Assembly (NCBI GenBank): GCA_951406725.2
Contig: OX597826.1
Span: forward strand, 7,812,001 to 7,876,000
DNA length: 64,000 bases
Direction: 5' to 3'
Source: Octopus vulgaris
Taxonomy: Eukaryota
Below the pieces are notes generated by a model. It was not told the origin of the DNA, did not search any database, and worked only from the letters and a program-made list of their open reading frames with translations. The translations under genes and the position numbers were made by a program. Shown here in pieces: positions 29,327 to 41,907 of this stretch. Positions within the stretch are counted from its first letter, which is position 1. Every line of letters starts with the position of its first letter.

Positions 29327-29429
29327 ACGCACTCGTCGGTTTCGACGTATGAGTCTCCGACTATCAACATATCATATGTGCAGATTGTATTACAGAACGT
29401 CTTTCTCGTACGTCGAGAGACCACCATCC

Positions 29430-29502
29430 AAATTTTTTTTTTTATTTTTTTTTTTTTTTTTTATTTATTTTTTTTGTTGTGTTGTGTTTTGTTTTGTTGT
29501 TG

Positions 29503-29540
<38 letters not shown>

Positions 29541-29621
29541 TAAAAATTTTTAAAAAAATAAATTTATAAATTTAAAAATATATAGAATAATTTATTTTTT
29601 TTTTTTTTTTAAAAATTTTTT

Positions 29622-29698
<77 letters not shown>

Positions 29699-29840
29699 AT
29701 AAATAATATAAAATTTTTAAATTAAATTATTTTTTATTTTAAAAAATATAAAAATAATATAAATTAATAAAAAAAAATAAATTAAAAAAAAAAAAAATTA
29801 TTAATAAATAAAATATTTTTATCAGCTTTTTTTTCAAATA
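29430..29840. other. Homopolymer-rich A/T low-complexity block (possible low-quality assembly)
   Basis: Runs of T up to ~70 nt and of A; almost no G or C. Confidence 0.7.
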
Positions 29841-29865
29841 TTATCACTATTTAACAAAACATAAA

Positions 29866-29940
29866 TAAATGACGGTCTGACCGTCTGCCAAGAAAATGGG
29901 AAGCAGTAATTGAAGTAGATGGTGAATATGCTCCGGAATA
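29866..29940 (+). mobile_element. Extreme C-terminus of a mariner transposase
   Basis: DRLPRKWEAVIEVDGEYAPE*. Confidence 0.6.
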
Positions 29941-30029
29941 ATCAGTTAAAGAGGTTTTTGTTACATTTTTTTTTTTTTTTGTACTTGTTTCAGTCATTTG
30001 ACTGCGGCCATGCTAGACACCGCCTTTAG

Positions 30030-30192
30030 AGTGGTGAAAGAGTACAGCAGGGATCACCACCATCCCTGCCGGAGCCTCGTGGAGCTTTTAGGTGTTTTGA
30101 ATAAACACACACAACGCCCGGTCTGGGAATCGAAACCGCGATCCTCCGACCGCAAGTCCGCTGCCCTAACCACTTGGCCATTGCGCCTCCAC
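30030..30192 (-). mobile_element. SINE family D head, joined to a family B tail (29981-30027)
   Basis: Reverse complement TGGAGGCGCAATGGCCAAGTGGTTAGGGCAGCGGAC...GGTTTCGATTCCCAGACCGGGCG matches 38186-38345. Confidence 0.85.
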
Positions 30193-31428
30193 ATATTGAT
30201 ATTGTTTTTGTTGAATAAAATTTGTTGAAAACAAACGCAATAATTATGCACCAACCCAATACGAATGTGTAAGTCGCAGTATCACTGTAAGTATAACAAA
30301 GTAATTCAATATCTCCAAACCTTTAAATTTACTCAGGCAGTCTTTAAGTATCGAACGTAAAATCAAGCGATTATGGTATTCCCTTACAGATTGTAATCCA
30401 ACATTAAATTATTGGAGAATTTTCAATTTGTCTTGTGAAATTTCGGGACAAGAATGAGAAGTAATTAATATATAGAAAATAATTTAAGCTTTTCTTTTTT
30501 TTTTTTATGTATAAATATTAATAAACTTTTTGATAAACAATTTATTAATCTCCTTAATAAGTTTTCTTTAACAAGATTCGAACAAACATAATTAGGGCCC
30601 ATGTTGCCGAGAGAAGCAAATACGATCATTATCATACAAGCAGGACACTCGATCCTTTGTGTATTATGGTAGCCTTACCTAAATCCTAATATCCACACAA
30701 GAAACCACGGTAAGCAACGATCAACACAATACAAGCTACAAGACTTACAGTCTCTATTAAATATATACATATTAATTAGATACTGAATATCATACCAATA
30801 ACTAGAGCAGACGTCATATTTACTGCCATGAGAACGTTAGAGTGGGAAAATCGAGGTCATAATCTGCCGCTCGTGCTTTTATCGTTTTCGTAATCCACAC
30901 AACGCTGGCTGTCGACATTAATCGACTGTAATTGCTGTCTTGTTTGTGTTTTGTTGCCTGTTTATCACCAACTCATTTCCGATGAGTCGACTTTGCCATT
31001 TTACTCAAGTCGAATAAAAATAGATTTGCTGATTGAAAATAAAAAGTTTTTTTGTCTTGTGTGAGTGAGAAGTAAAATTATGTCCGTAAGTGAATTGTCC
31101 AGGAGTGTTTTCTAAGTTTAGGATGCAGGTGACTGGATTGTGAGTGACAACTTCTCCGGTCGCAGACATCTTGTTACAGCAGTCTGCAGTATTAAATCTG
31201 GCTTTTGTAACCACCAGTATTAATACATGAACATTCGAACATAATTAGCTGCTCGGAGAACAAATACGATCAATAACAAGAACATGATGTATTTGGCTTA
31301 CCTGAAAATAGAAACCACGGTGCAACGATCTCAGTACAAACTTACACTCTATAAATTTACTTACTCTTAGAAAGGATACATGGGATTGTGCGGTCCTGGG
31401 TGCATTGTGCATTGGGTAAAAGAATATA

Positions 31429-31803
31429 TGGCGCAGGGGTTGCTCTGTGGTAGTAGCTTGCTTAGCAGCCACATGGGTCCGGGGTCTGTCCCACTGCGTG
31501 GCACCTTGGGCAAGTGTCTTCTAATATAGCTTCGGACCGACCAAAGCCTTGTGAGTGGAGTTGGCAGACGGAAACTGAAAGAAACCCGTCGTATATATGT
31601 ATATGTATATGTGTGTGTGTGTGTGTGTTTGTGTGTCTGTGTTTGGCCCCCCAACGTCGCTTGACAACTGATGCTGGTGTGTTTACGCCCCTGCAACTTA
31701 GCGGTTCGGCAAAAGAGACCGATAGAATAAATACTAGGCTTACAAAGAATAAGTCCTGGGGTCGATTTGCTCGCAGTCAAATGACTGAAGCAAGTAAAAG
31801 AGA
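31429..31803 (+). mobile_element. SINE family B, full length
   Basis: tRNA-like head GGCGCAGGGGTTGCTCTGTGGTAG, CCTTGGGCAAGTG (CORE-like), internal TA/TG tract, tail CAGTCAAATGACTGAAGCAAGTAAAAGAG. Confidence 0.9.
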
Positions 31804-32113
31804 GTGTCATAGACATGATCGATTAGGGCTAATTTGTGTCTAAACAAAAGCAACGGCTGCAAATATTTTACAGAAATTGATTGGAGAGTTTTGAAAATAC
31901 AGTTTACCATTGCTGTCACTGGAGTGGTAGTTTTAATTCAATGATGTTTCAGATGCTATTCCACCAAGCTGGAAGACCATTTTAGAAATTAACTCTGCCG
32001 GGTCGGTCAAAATGAACAAAACACTACAGATCTTATTTCTCTGTACTCATCTATATGGTGAGTAGCTTAGCATGTTGTTGTTGTTGTTGTTGTTATTGTT
32101 GTCGTCGTCGTCG

Positions 32114-32620
32114 TCTTCTTCTTCTTCTTCTTCTTCTTCTTCTTCTTCTTCTTCTTCTTCTTCTTCTTCTTCTTCTTCTTCTTCTTCTTCTTCTTCTTCC
32201 AATCAGGACTCACGCCATTAGCCACAAAGAATAATCTCTAATTCGCGCCTCCACTAAGGTCCTAAGAATGCGTGTGGCAACTTGAAGATCCGCCCACCAC
32301 ACGTGATAGACTGGCTGTTCCATGGGCGCGAAAGCTACGTTGTTATCCTCATTCCGTAAACGGTGGATTTTAACGGGTGGAGAGCTGAACCATCTTGCGG
32401 TACAGAGGATTCGCAATCTAGACTAGGGTCTGAAAAGTTATCACACCATAGTGGGTTACACCATGGTTCCTCTGCTTTGTGGCAGAAGTAGTACGAAATA
32501 ATGAGAGAAAGTTGTGGTGAAAGTGTACAGCGGGGTTCCCCGCCGGAGCTTGGAGCTTAGGTGTTTTCTCAATAACACCACAATGTGAGCTTAGGTGTTT
32601 TTGCTCAATAAACACTCACA
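32114..32620 (-). mobile_element. SINE family D variant with distinct body and (GAA)n tail
   Basis: Head remnants (GAGAGAAAGTTGTGGTGAAAGTGTACAGC, GAGCTTAGGTGTTTT) match family D; body 32200-32500 is unique; (TTC)n at 32114-32198. Confidence 0.7.
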
Positions 32621-33024
32621 ATACTCTATATGTGAGTAGAAGTTGTTGTTGTATGGTCTGGTATATTTTTGCTGTTCAATAGTTTTTACATTTTCTTTTT
32701 TCTTTTCATTCCAATAATCTTCCACAAAGAATTTCAATTTCCATGGTCCTAAGAATTGTGCAACAGAAGTAACATAGAAACTGGCGTTCCACAAAGACCT
32801 TGTTACCTCATTCCGTACAAGAAACAAAGAAGCCTACCATCATCACCAGAATTTCGCAATCTAGACTTCTGAAAAGACCCCATATTAAATGGTTCTTGGA
32901 ACAGCCATCAAATAATGAGAGAAATTGTGGTGAAAGTACAGTTGATTCTGACTTATGTGCATAAACACTCAAATATCAGCTAATGAACCGCGTTCTTAGA
33001 GGATGTTAAAGAGCAATTCGCCTA

Positions 33025-33235
33025 CTTTGTTGTGCCTCTGTTTTATGTTGAGCGAATGCGGCTTCTTAAGTGGGAGAATCCACGTGGTCCTTTGCTATTC
33101 GTAAGACCCGCAGAAGATAAAGCAGATCAACCCTCGACACCGAGAGCATCGACGGATGGATGAATGCGCATCCAGGCTCAGCGGTTGCGTAGGAAGACGG
33201 GGACAAGAAACAGGAAGAAAGAGTGAGAGAAAGTT
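33025..33235 (-). mobile_element. SINE family D body (51040-51250 type), truncated at the Penelope junction
   Basis: Reverse complement of 51040-51245 (GCATCGACGGATGGATGAATGCGCATCCAGGCTCAGCGGTTGCGTAGGAAG). Confidence 0.85.
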
Positions 33236-33723
33236 TCTATGTTGATTTCTGTTGCACGTCTGATCCCATCCTCTATGTGTTGAGCTGGGTAATGTCTGTC
33301 AATTAGGGTGTTTTTGAGTTCTTGCAGTCTAAAGTTCCTGGTATTTTGTTCTGACACTATTGTGCATATCCTTCTTGCAAGGTTGAAGGGGATGTTTGTT
33401 TTAGTGTGTCTTGGGTGGCATGAATTAAAAAGAAGGTATTGTTTGGCGTCTGTGGCTTTGTAAAAAATGTCTGTTTCTATTTTAAGGTTAATTTCTTTAA
33501 TTAGTTTATCCAAGAACGGGAGCTCCTTTTGGTTGTATTCCATTGTGAACTGTATATTTGGGTTTATGCTGTTCAATAGGTTTTTACATTTTAGGAGTTT
33601 ATCTGTGTTTTCATTCCAGAGAATAAAACAATCGTCTAAGAATCGTTTCCAATTCTCTTTTATGTATTGAGAGAGGGGGTTTCCAAAGATTGATAAAGAT
33701 TCCTGGTAAATGATTATTTCCAT
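33230..33723 (-). mobile_element. Penelope-like RT C-terminal half, inverted relative to the rest of the element
   Basis: ORF: WKRFLDDCFILW, NSINPNIQFTME, LPFLD, TDIFYKATDAKQYLLFNSCHPRHTKTNIPFNLARRICTIVS. Confidence 0.92.
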
Positions 33724-34600
33724 GTGCAACAGAAGTCAACATAGAAACTTTAAGAAAAGTTCAACACAACAACACACCTTCCCCGAAAATACTACCTTAC
33801 ATATCTACATACAACCCCAGAAACAAAGAAGCCTTCACCATCATCACCCAGAATTTACCAATACTTCATAAAGACCCCAAATTAAAGGAAATTCTAAACA
33901 TACACCAAATCATTAAAAGCTACAAACAGCCTAAATCACTTAAAAAGATTCTCACAAAGCAAAATTGTCTTCTGAAATTACGGATGCAAAAGTAAAAAAA
34001 TGCGGTAGATCGAACTGTGCAACATGTCCTAACCTGCTAGAAGGATCAGAATTCCTCTTTAAAGAAGGACAGAAATTCAAGATCAAATCTACTTTACTTG
34101 TGCCTCTGAAAACATAATTTATGTCATAAAATGCTCGGGCTGCCACCAAGACTACGTGGGTTCCACGGGACTATCACTCAGACGTAGATGCACACTGCAT
34201 CGACAACAGATTGCATTCCCAGAATATAGAATGATACCTTTTAGTGAGCACATTGAGAAATGCGCAAAGCAACTACTACCACAATTTTTAATCTTTCCAT
34301 TTTACCAATGTGCTTTCGGATCATCAACACAAATTAGACTAAACAAGGAAACATTCTTCATTGAAAAGTACAAGCCCAGACTCAACCATCCGAACATACT
34401 GATACAGAGAAATTCACACCAATGGAAAGGAAAAAATTTTTAAGCGATTATCTCCCTTACACCGGAAGAAATCACTCACTACCTCCCCTTATTTAGAACT
34501 CTCCTGAACATAAATATAACGATAACTCTATTCAACATAAACATAACGTCGCAAGAAATTTGAAAAGCTACACGCGAAACCGGTCTTTCTTTTAAATTAT
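33724..34600 (+). mobile_element. Penelope-like thumb, Zn linker and GIY-YIG endonuclease with 3' pLTR
   Basis: LPYISTYNPRN, KCGRSNCATC, NIIYVIKCSGCHQDYVGSTG..RRRCTLHRQQI, with frameshifts; hammerhead motif at 34553-34591. Confidence 0.9.
34553..34591 (+). ncRNA. Minimal hammerhead motif (U3:A8 core) in the Penelope 3' end
   Basis: aagaaa t UUGAAAA gc-tacac-gc GAAAC CG GUC tttctt; 6-bp stem I. Confidence 0.6.
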
Positions 34601-34760
34601 GTCATTATAAGAGAAAAAATTTTTTTTTTAATTTTCTAATATTCTTCAGACATATTGACGCAAATATATATATTTTTTTAACATTTAAGCCTTCTGTAGT
34701 TTTTTCACTCTTTACTATTTTCTATATATTCACCCACGTGCTTTCACAAACCAACTTTCT

Positions 34761-34827
<67 letters not shown>

Positions 34828-34830
<3 letters not shown>

Positions 34831-35027
34831 AGAGTTTACGAAAAAAACAATAGACGAAGATAGGTGGTGTAGAAAACAAACAGATGTATTAGTATAACGC
34901 TCAGGAATAGAAAAAAATCTTTTACGTTTCGAGCCTACACCCTTCCACATAAAGGAACACAGAAAGAAACAAGGAGAGAAAAAAATGTGTGTAGTTGCTA
35001 ACGATCTATCATGGCGATATATATATA
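34828..35027 (-). mobile_element. Solo pLTR-like unit with decayed hammerhead (34919-34954)
   Basis: Minus strand: cttt ATGTGGA...gctc GAAACGUA aaag followed by CCTGAGCGT, as in 61478-61685; between (TA)n tracts. Confidence 0.65.
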
Positions 35028-36716
35028 ATATGCCACGATACATGCAATTTCCCACTTTACAAGAAGAAATGAACCGCTGGATAACGTAAGCCAGGGTCCC
35101 TGGACAAAGGGAAAAGGTTGAATGGTCACGGCTGGAATGCCTCTAGTTATAAGCATGCTCGGACGAAGGTGACCTCAAGTTAAGCAAAAAACAACACTAT
35201 GCATAAACAGAAGCGTGTAATACTTCCATATATATGGAGGTGGTTTTGTTCCCTATTTCAAACAGCAAACGTAGAACATATATTATAAAACGAATTGATT
35301 TGCTAGGCTCATACTCTGATATCGTAGAAAAGAATGCCCTATATTCATTTTTATTCACTTAATTCCTATATTGACTACTTGCAAGGCCAATGATCACGTT
35401 ACATAAATAATTATAACAAGAAAAAAAAAAACAAAAAAATAAAACATGAAATCTAGTAAATAAATTACTATCACATCATTTGGATACATTCAATGATGTT
35501 TTATCCCTTTCTACATCGTTGTGTATAACCCTTAACAACGTGGTCGCCATAATAGATCAATATAGAAAATAAATACATAAATAAATTAGAAGCAAAAACA
35601 TATTTGTCGTATTTTTTTCTTTACTTTAATAATTTTTTTCCGATATTTTCCTTACATTTTTTTTCTCTTTTTTCTTAAAGAAAAATTTATTTTAGATTTC
35701 AAAAGTCCTTTGCAGACTAGCAAGTCAGTTAAAACACAATTTGAAAGGCAGGAAAATGAGAAGAATAAGAAAAGGAATAAACATGTTTTCAATGCAATCT
35801 GTTGCTATGACAATATCTCATTTATTTGCTGTTAAATCTCATCTTTACCAAACTAATTAAATATTTTATGTATCCCCCATAAGGCAGTGGGTACAAAGTT
35901 GTAATTCCATTTGATTGCAATCCGGCAGAAGAAATATAAAGCCGGACGATTTAACAACTTCCTTTATAGGTTTTTAAAAAAGAAGTAGTAGATGTACATC
36001 AACGTGGTGTAAAGAAAAAGGCTGAGAAGCATTAAAAAAAAAATTGGCCAATAGAATGTGTTAGGTTGAATCTAAAAATCCATTCAGTGTAAAGGGTTGC
36101 TGCCTGTTTTGAAAGAAATTATTCTACTGCCAGAAGCTCTCACAATGCAGGAACTATTCTCTGCACAAAGAGGCCAAACACAGGATCACGCTTTTACATA
36201 ATTTATAACGATAAAAAGAAATAGAAGTTAAAAAAATATCGAAATGAAATACAAAACATAATAAATCTGATGAGAAGAAAGTCTGATTCCAAAGAGACAT
36301 AACATGGTATATTAATCCACACATTTTTTTTTAAAAATCTTATGTTTTCCTGCTCTGTTTTATGTTCTTTCTCTCTCTCTCTCTTTCTCTCTCTGTCTTG
36401 TATTATCTGTCTACTGCAAGGTTAAGAAGTGAATACACATGAATTATTTAAGTTGGCACAAACAACAAAACTTGTGTATGCTGCTCAGTAATAAAATAAA
36501 TTATAGCAAAAATTGTTGAGATTTAATAGACGAAGTAATTCTTATGTCTAAAGATCGTGTTCGTAGACACATAAATACTTCTTTCTTGTAATTTACCCAA
36601 AATTTTAGGATGCAGTCAATAAACTATGACGAGGACAGAAATAAAAGCTATACATATACATGTGCGTGTATATATGCACACATACACACACACACACATA
36701 CACACAGGTGTATATG

Positions 36717-36769
<53 letters not shown>

Positions 36770-36779
36770 TGTGTTAAGA

Positions 36780-37050
36780 TTTAGTAGAAGCAACAGATTG
36801 ACTCAAGGATCGAGAATTTCGTGCGTTGGCACTGATCAAACTAGTTACAGGCTGAAGAACTGAGGGTTTATATACCAGGTAGAAATTACTTGGTAATTAC
36901 TCTTGAGTGTTCTAGATTGAATTTTAAAAACAATTAAAATGTCACGTGGATAATTCATATTTTTCAGATAGTTTGCTCGTTATGTCATTCAAATACATGA
37001 AGAATAAATATATTCATATCTTGAGTTCTATTTTTCCTGTTTGTATCACC
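36780..37050. mobile_element. Repeat of the same family as the 52525-52770 foldback
   Basis: Shares GACTCAAG..TTTCGTGCGTTGGCAC..ATCAAACTAGT and ATATCTTGAGTTCTA.TTTTCCTGTTTG. Confidence 0.7.
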
Positions 37051-37054
37051 ATAC

Positions 37055-37558
37055 CTATATATATATATATATATTATAATAATTCTACATGTCAGTCCGT
37101 TACTTAGCCCGTCTATAACGCTTCCTCGTTATTAGTTGAATGGGGAGGGATGTGATGGGTGATGAGGAGGTGAGGAGGTGATGATGAGTGAATTTTTTAA
37201 GACTAAGTTCTTTTCCTCCATTACTTAGCCCGTCTGTAACGCTTTCACATAGTTAATTGGAAGGAAATGCATAGAGCGAAAGAAAAAAGAGAAACAGTGT
37301 AAGGCAAAGAGTGAAGTAGAAAGAAGGAGAGTGTTGTGCATTACGTCTATGAAATTGAGAATAAAGTAAATATATAAAATGCATTAAGTAATCATCGAAT
37401 TCTAATTTCCTTCATTTTCAATGAATAACAGAGGAACGAGTATCTTTTGATGCAGTCACAACACAGGCTACGGTTTTCAGATTTTTGGGATACAGTTTTC
37501 AGAAATAACCCTAATAGGTTTACCATTTATTCCGTGAAATATTCACGGGTCCGGCTAG
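37055..37558 (+). mobile_element. Probable non-autonomous Helitron
   Basis: 3' hairpin CCGTGAA-ATA-TTCACGG (37532-37548), then CTAG (37555-37558) and T; internal direct repeat TTACTTAGCCCGTCT.TAACGCTT at 37100 and 37221. The 5' end is blurred in (TA)n. Confidence 0.6.
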
Positions 37559-37798
37559 TATTTCAATAATTACGCATAGGCATTGCAAGACTGACAACCT
37601 GATGTAGAACTCAATACACGTAGATTTCAGAACGAAGTGTTAATTGAGTATAGAGCGGTTCCCAACTAAATTGCACTTCATCATATTCGAGGCTCCGCTG
37701 TTGCCAAAACGAGTTCTTCAGACATTCAGGAGCTGCATCTTAGCAGAGGCTGTAAGATAACGAAGTTCATAAGATAATCTCGTTTGCCATCTATCTTT

Positions 37799-37836
<38 letters not shown>

Positions 37837-38135
37837 ACAAAATAAGAGCAAAAGAAAAATTCTAATGGCAAATATGCCGAAAAATAGACAAAAATTGTTA
37901 ATAACCATTATAATTTGTGTCTGATAGAAATTTCTAAAAACGTTATTACCGTATTGGTATTTCGGGTTAATTCATAAGAATTTTCCTCCTCTTCAGCGGC
38001 AAATACGTGAGATATATGAAATATTTACTCATACCCATGGAAAAAGCAAGCACTAAGTCCTGAGCAGACCTAGTACCCCAAATAAATCAAAATAGAAAAT
38101 CGGCACATCTTGAAAAAAATTTTATATACATTAGT

Positions 38136-38185
<50 letters not shown>

Positions 38186-38188
<3 letters not shown>

Positions 38189-38482
38189 AGGCGCAATGAC
38201 CCAGTGGTTAGGGCAGCGGACTCGCGGTCGTAGGATCGCGGTTTCGATTCCCAGACCGGGTGTTGTGAGCGTTTATTCAGGGAAAACACCCAAAGCTGCA
38301 CGAGGCTCCGGCAGGCGGTGTTGGCGATCCCTGCTGTACTCTTTCGCACAACTTTTTCTTATTCTTTCTTCTCTTGGCCTGCTCGCTTAGCCAGCGGGGT
38401 GGCGTCATTCGAAGGCTAGAACAATGCGAAGCGCATTGTGACCAGCGATGTGTAGCAACATCTGATAGCCTGGTCGGTCACG

Positions 38483-38486
<4 letters not shown>
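38186..38486 (+). mobile_element. tRNA-derived SINE family D
   Basis: A box TGACCCAGTGG, B box GTTTCGATTCC; the ~165-nt head is shared with 30030-30192 and 50873-51045. Confidence 0.9.
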
Positions 38487-38533
<47 letters not shown>

Positions 38534-40302
38534 AAAGATCAACAATAAATGGTATGTTATGTACAAAAACACAACACATCGCCTCGTCTAGGAATCGAAA
38601 CAACAATCTTGCAATCATGACTGCCACTTCCTAACCACTAAAGAATTCATTATACAGTTTGGGTTAAAATTTTTTTATTACAAGTAAAAAATTCTTAATT
38701 AGTTACTCATAATTTCTGGTTACCTAACCTTCAGTCGTGTGAAATCTTACTAACGTGGAACTTAGATCAAGAATGCAGGAAGCATCAGATTCTTATTTAA
38801 AAAAATAAATTTGAGTTTGTGTGTGTGTGTGTGTGTTTCTCGCGAAGTGAAGGATGGGGGTTGAAATGGAGATACAGGGAGTAGGGTTGAGAGAGAGAGA
38901 GAGACAGAGAGAGAGTAAGCCAAATACAGAAAGACTGTTGTGCAGTTATTTATTTTCCAAATGCGTTCTAGTTAATGACATTAAAACTTTGCCGACTAAT
39001 TAACTTCCTGTGAAAAATGTATAATATATTTTAATTTGCCGCATATTTTGATCACTTTTTATCAATAGACGTTCATTAAATGTGTTTTTATTTTCCTAAA
39101 TATGTAATACATTCATACACATTTTAAAAATAAAGGTTGCTAGTTCAAATCGCACCCTCAATTGCGTTGTTATCACTGCAGTCTTGCTCCCTCATTCGCT
39201 CGGTCTCTTCATTTTGTTTGTTTTGTGTCGTTTTAATAAACAGGGTTTTCCAAGAGGCCTGCATAATATTTTATTTTATCTTCTGTTGATTTTGTAATTT
39301 TCATGTTTGTAAACGCCGAAATGATGTGATACCCAGCTGCAAATATATATGTAGTGTCAAAATCCGGGTATATATATTTTGTTATTTCGCTACAAAATAT
39401 CTTCTGTCTGAATCTCCTTAAAAGGAAAATCCCGTTTTGTGAATCCTCTCATTGATACATTGCTTTACCCATTGAAACGCCCAACTTTAGGAGGCTAAAG
39501 AATCTCGGCAAATATCTTGTGAGCAATATCATGCTAAAATACTATATTTAGTATGTTCTAAATATCTGTGAGGTATTAATTAACTGCCTTTTCTTTATAA
39601 AAGAAATCCATTATACATAACTTGCGAAACATACGTGAACCATTAACCTTCTTCAGTAAGATGTATCGTCACAATATTCGTTTTTAGTTTTTCATAGCAG
39701 GATATTATATTTTGTCTTTTACCACCGTAAACTCCAACTTGAATTCTCGAAATTGCAACTCGAATTTTGAAGATTATTGCATAATGAGAACCAATTACCT
39801 TTTCACGAACATATTTCTTGTGTAACAAAAAGACGAGAGGTTTCCTACAAATCTTAGGTTTTAAGAAAAGATAAATGATGTCAACTTGATAGCAAAGAAA
39901 ACAACAGACATTCTATCACCCCGCAGGTTTTTGCTAATATACGCCATCAAAATTAATTGGTTCCTTCAGCCGAAAGCTAGAATATTGCGCCTTAATTGGA
40001 TGCTCAAAAACAGTTGCTATTTATCCTGTAATTAGAAGCGTTTGATAATCCACCTATTTATTATGCAATTAAAAATAGTATTGGTACGCTAGCAGTGCTG
40101 CAGTCCAAGTTCCTGGGCCTCTCTTTACTGTTTGTCCTTTCGAACATTATTTAGATGGTAATTGGTTGTTCTAATGCGACTCATACTTGCGTAACTTCTC
40201 CACTTCATCTGTAGCTTATGGATCATGTAAAAGCTCATTAAAGCAAATCACACGCACGCGCGCACTCACACACACACACGCACGCACTCACTCACACACA
40301 AT

Positions 40303-40396
<94 letters not shown>

Positions 40397-40543
40397 GCAG
40401 ATAGAGAGGTACGTACATACACATATACATACATACATGCATATATATATATATATATATATATATGAATTTATCTATGCATGTGTGGTACGTAATTAAA
40501 TATACACATACATGCGAAGACACGCACACATCTATATCTGTCT

Positions 40544-40597
<54 letters not shown>

Positions 40598-40598
40598 G

Positions 40599-40649
<51 letters not shown>

Positions 40650-40950
40650 TTGTGTGCGTGCGTATGCGTATACACGTATAGATGCAAATACTATATACAT
40701 GTTTGCATGTCTTGTGTGTGTATGTAAACATGTGTAAATATATACGCATTGATTTGCTTTAGGTAATAAGTATGCATATATGCGCGTAGTTATGTATGTC
40801 ACTCATTTTTATTTCAAGATTTCTTGCCAATAGAGAAACAGTCGGTTTCCGACTTAGATACGAGGCTCCTTCGTTGGAATTCCAACATCAACAAGGTATT
40901 TTTGTATGTATGTATGTATGTATGTATGTATGTATGCACGTATGTATGTA

Positions 40951-40991
<41 letters not shown>

Positions 40992-41099
40992 ATATGTGCG
41001 ATCTTTCTTTCTGTTTTGTTTTATGAATGTATTCTCATGCATATAGTTGCTTGTTTAGTCATATATATTTAACATATAAACTTAAACTTCTCAAGGTTG

Positions 41100-41570
41100 G
41101 TATTTAGGCAGTGTGTTACATATCCCAGTGCCCCTATAATTCTTCTTTTCTTTATGCCGTCAAACCTCAAACGCGGAGTATAGGCCACTTATAGTTGAAC
41201 TCCATGTCGCATAATTTTCGCTTCTGTACTTATACTCTGCCATGAATGTCCCCCTTTCTCTAGTTCCTTTTGTGTTGATTTCCGCCACGAGTTCCTAGGC
41301 CTACCTCTCCCTCTATACCCATCCGGTTTCCACTGTAAAGCACTCGTCAATACATTTTGTGTCTTTTCTAATTGTGCTACCAATCCACTTCCCCTTTTTC
41401 TTAAATATTTGCTCCCTAATCGAAACTGGATTTGTTCTTTACCATAGCTCCATATTGCTTCTGTGTTCAGGTCATCTAATTTTAAGTATACTACGCAAGC
41501 ATCTGTTGATGAATGATTGTATTTACTTATTTGACTTAACTGTTGTTCACCATATCTTAGCCCCATACAA
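41100..41570 (-). mobile_element. RTE-clade LINE 3' remnant
   Basis: ALQWKPDGYRGRGRPRNSWRKSTQKELEKGGHSW, a typical RTE C-terminal motif. Confidence 0.8.
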
Positions 41571-41808
41571 TATGTATGCCCCTATAATTACAGGTATAAA
41601 ACTGAACTTACAATCTAGATTGAGCAGCTGCAAATTCCTCAATAGTTCAGCGTAGTTATTTTCTTTCTCGCTGAAATTTAGCCTTATGATAACATCTGCT
41701 GGACAGCTGGTTTCCAGAACTGTACACAGTTTCTCTTCTCGCCCCCAAATTACTATGTCAGTCTACTATGTTTACATTTTATTGAGGTCTTCACTGGGAC
41801 ATTCCGCC

Positions 41809-41839
<31 letters not shown>

Positions 41840-41907
41840 TGTACGTATGTATGTATGTATGTATGTATGTATGTATGTATGTATGTATGTATGTATGTAT
41901 ATATTAT

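Noticed and set aside
38186-38260. tRNA gene, also at 54461-54533 and other SINE heads
   Set aside because: A and B boxes are present but the cloverleaf is imperfect and each runs into a repeat body, so these are SINE heads.
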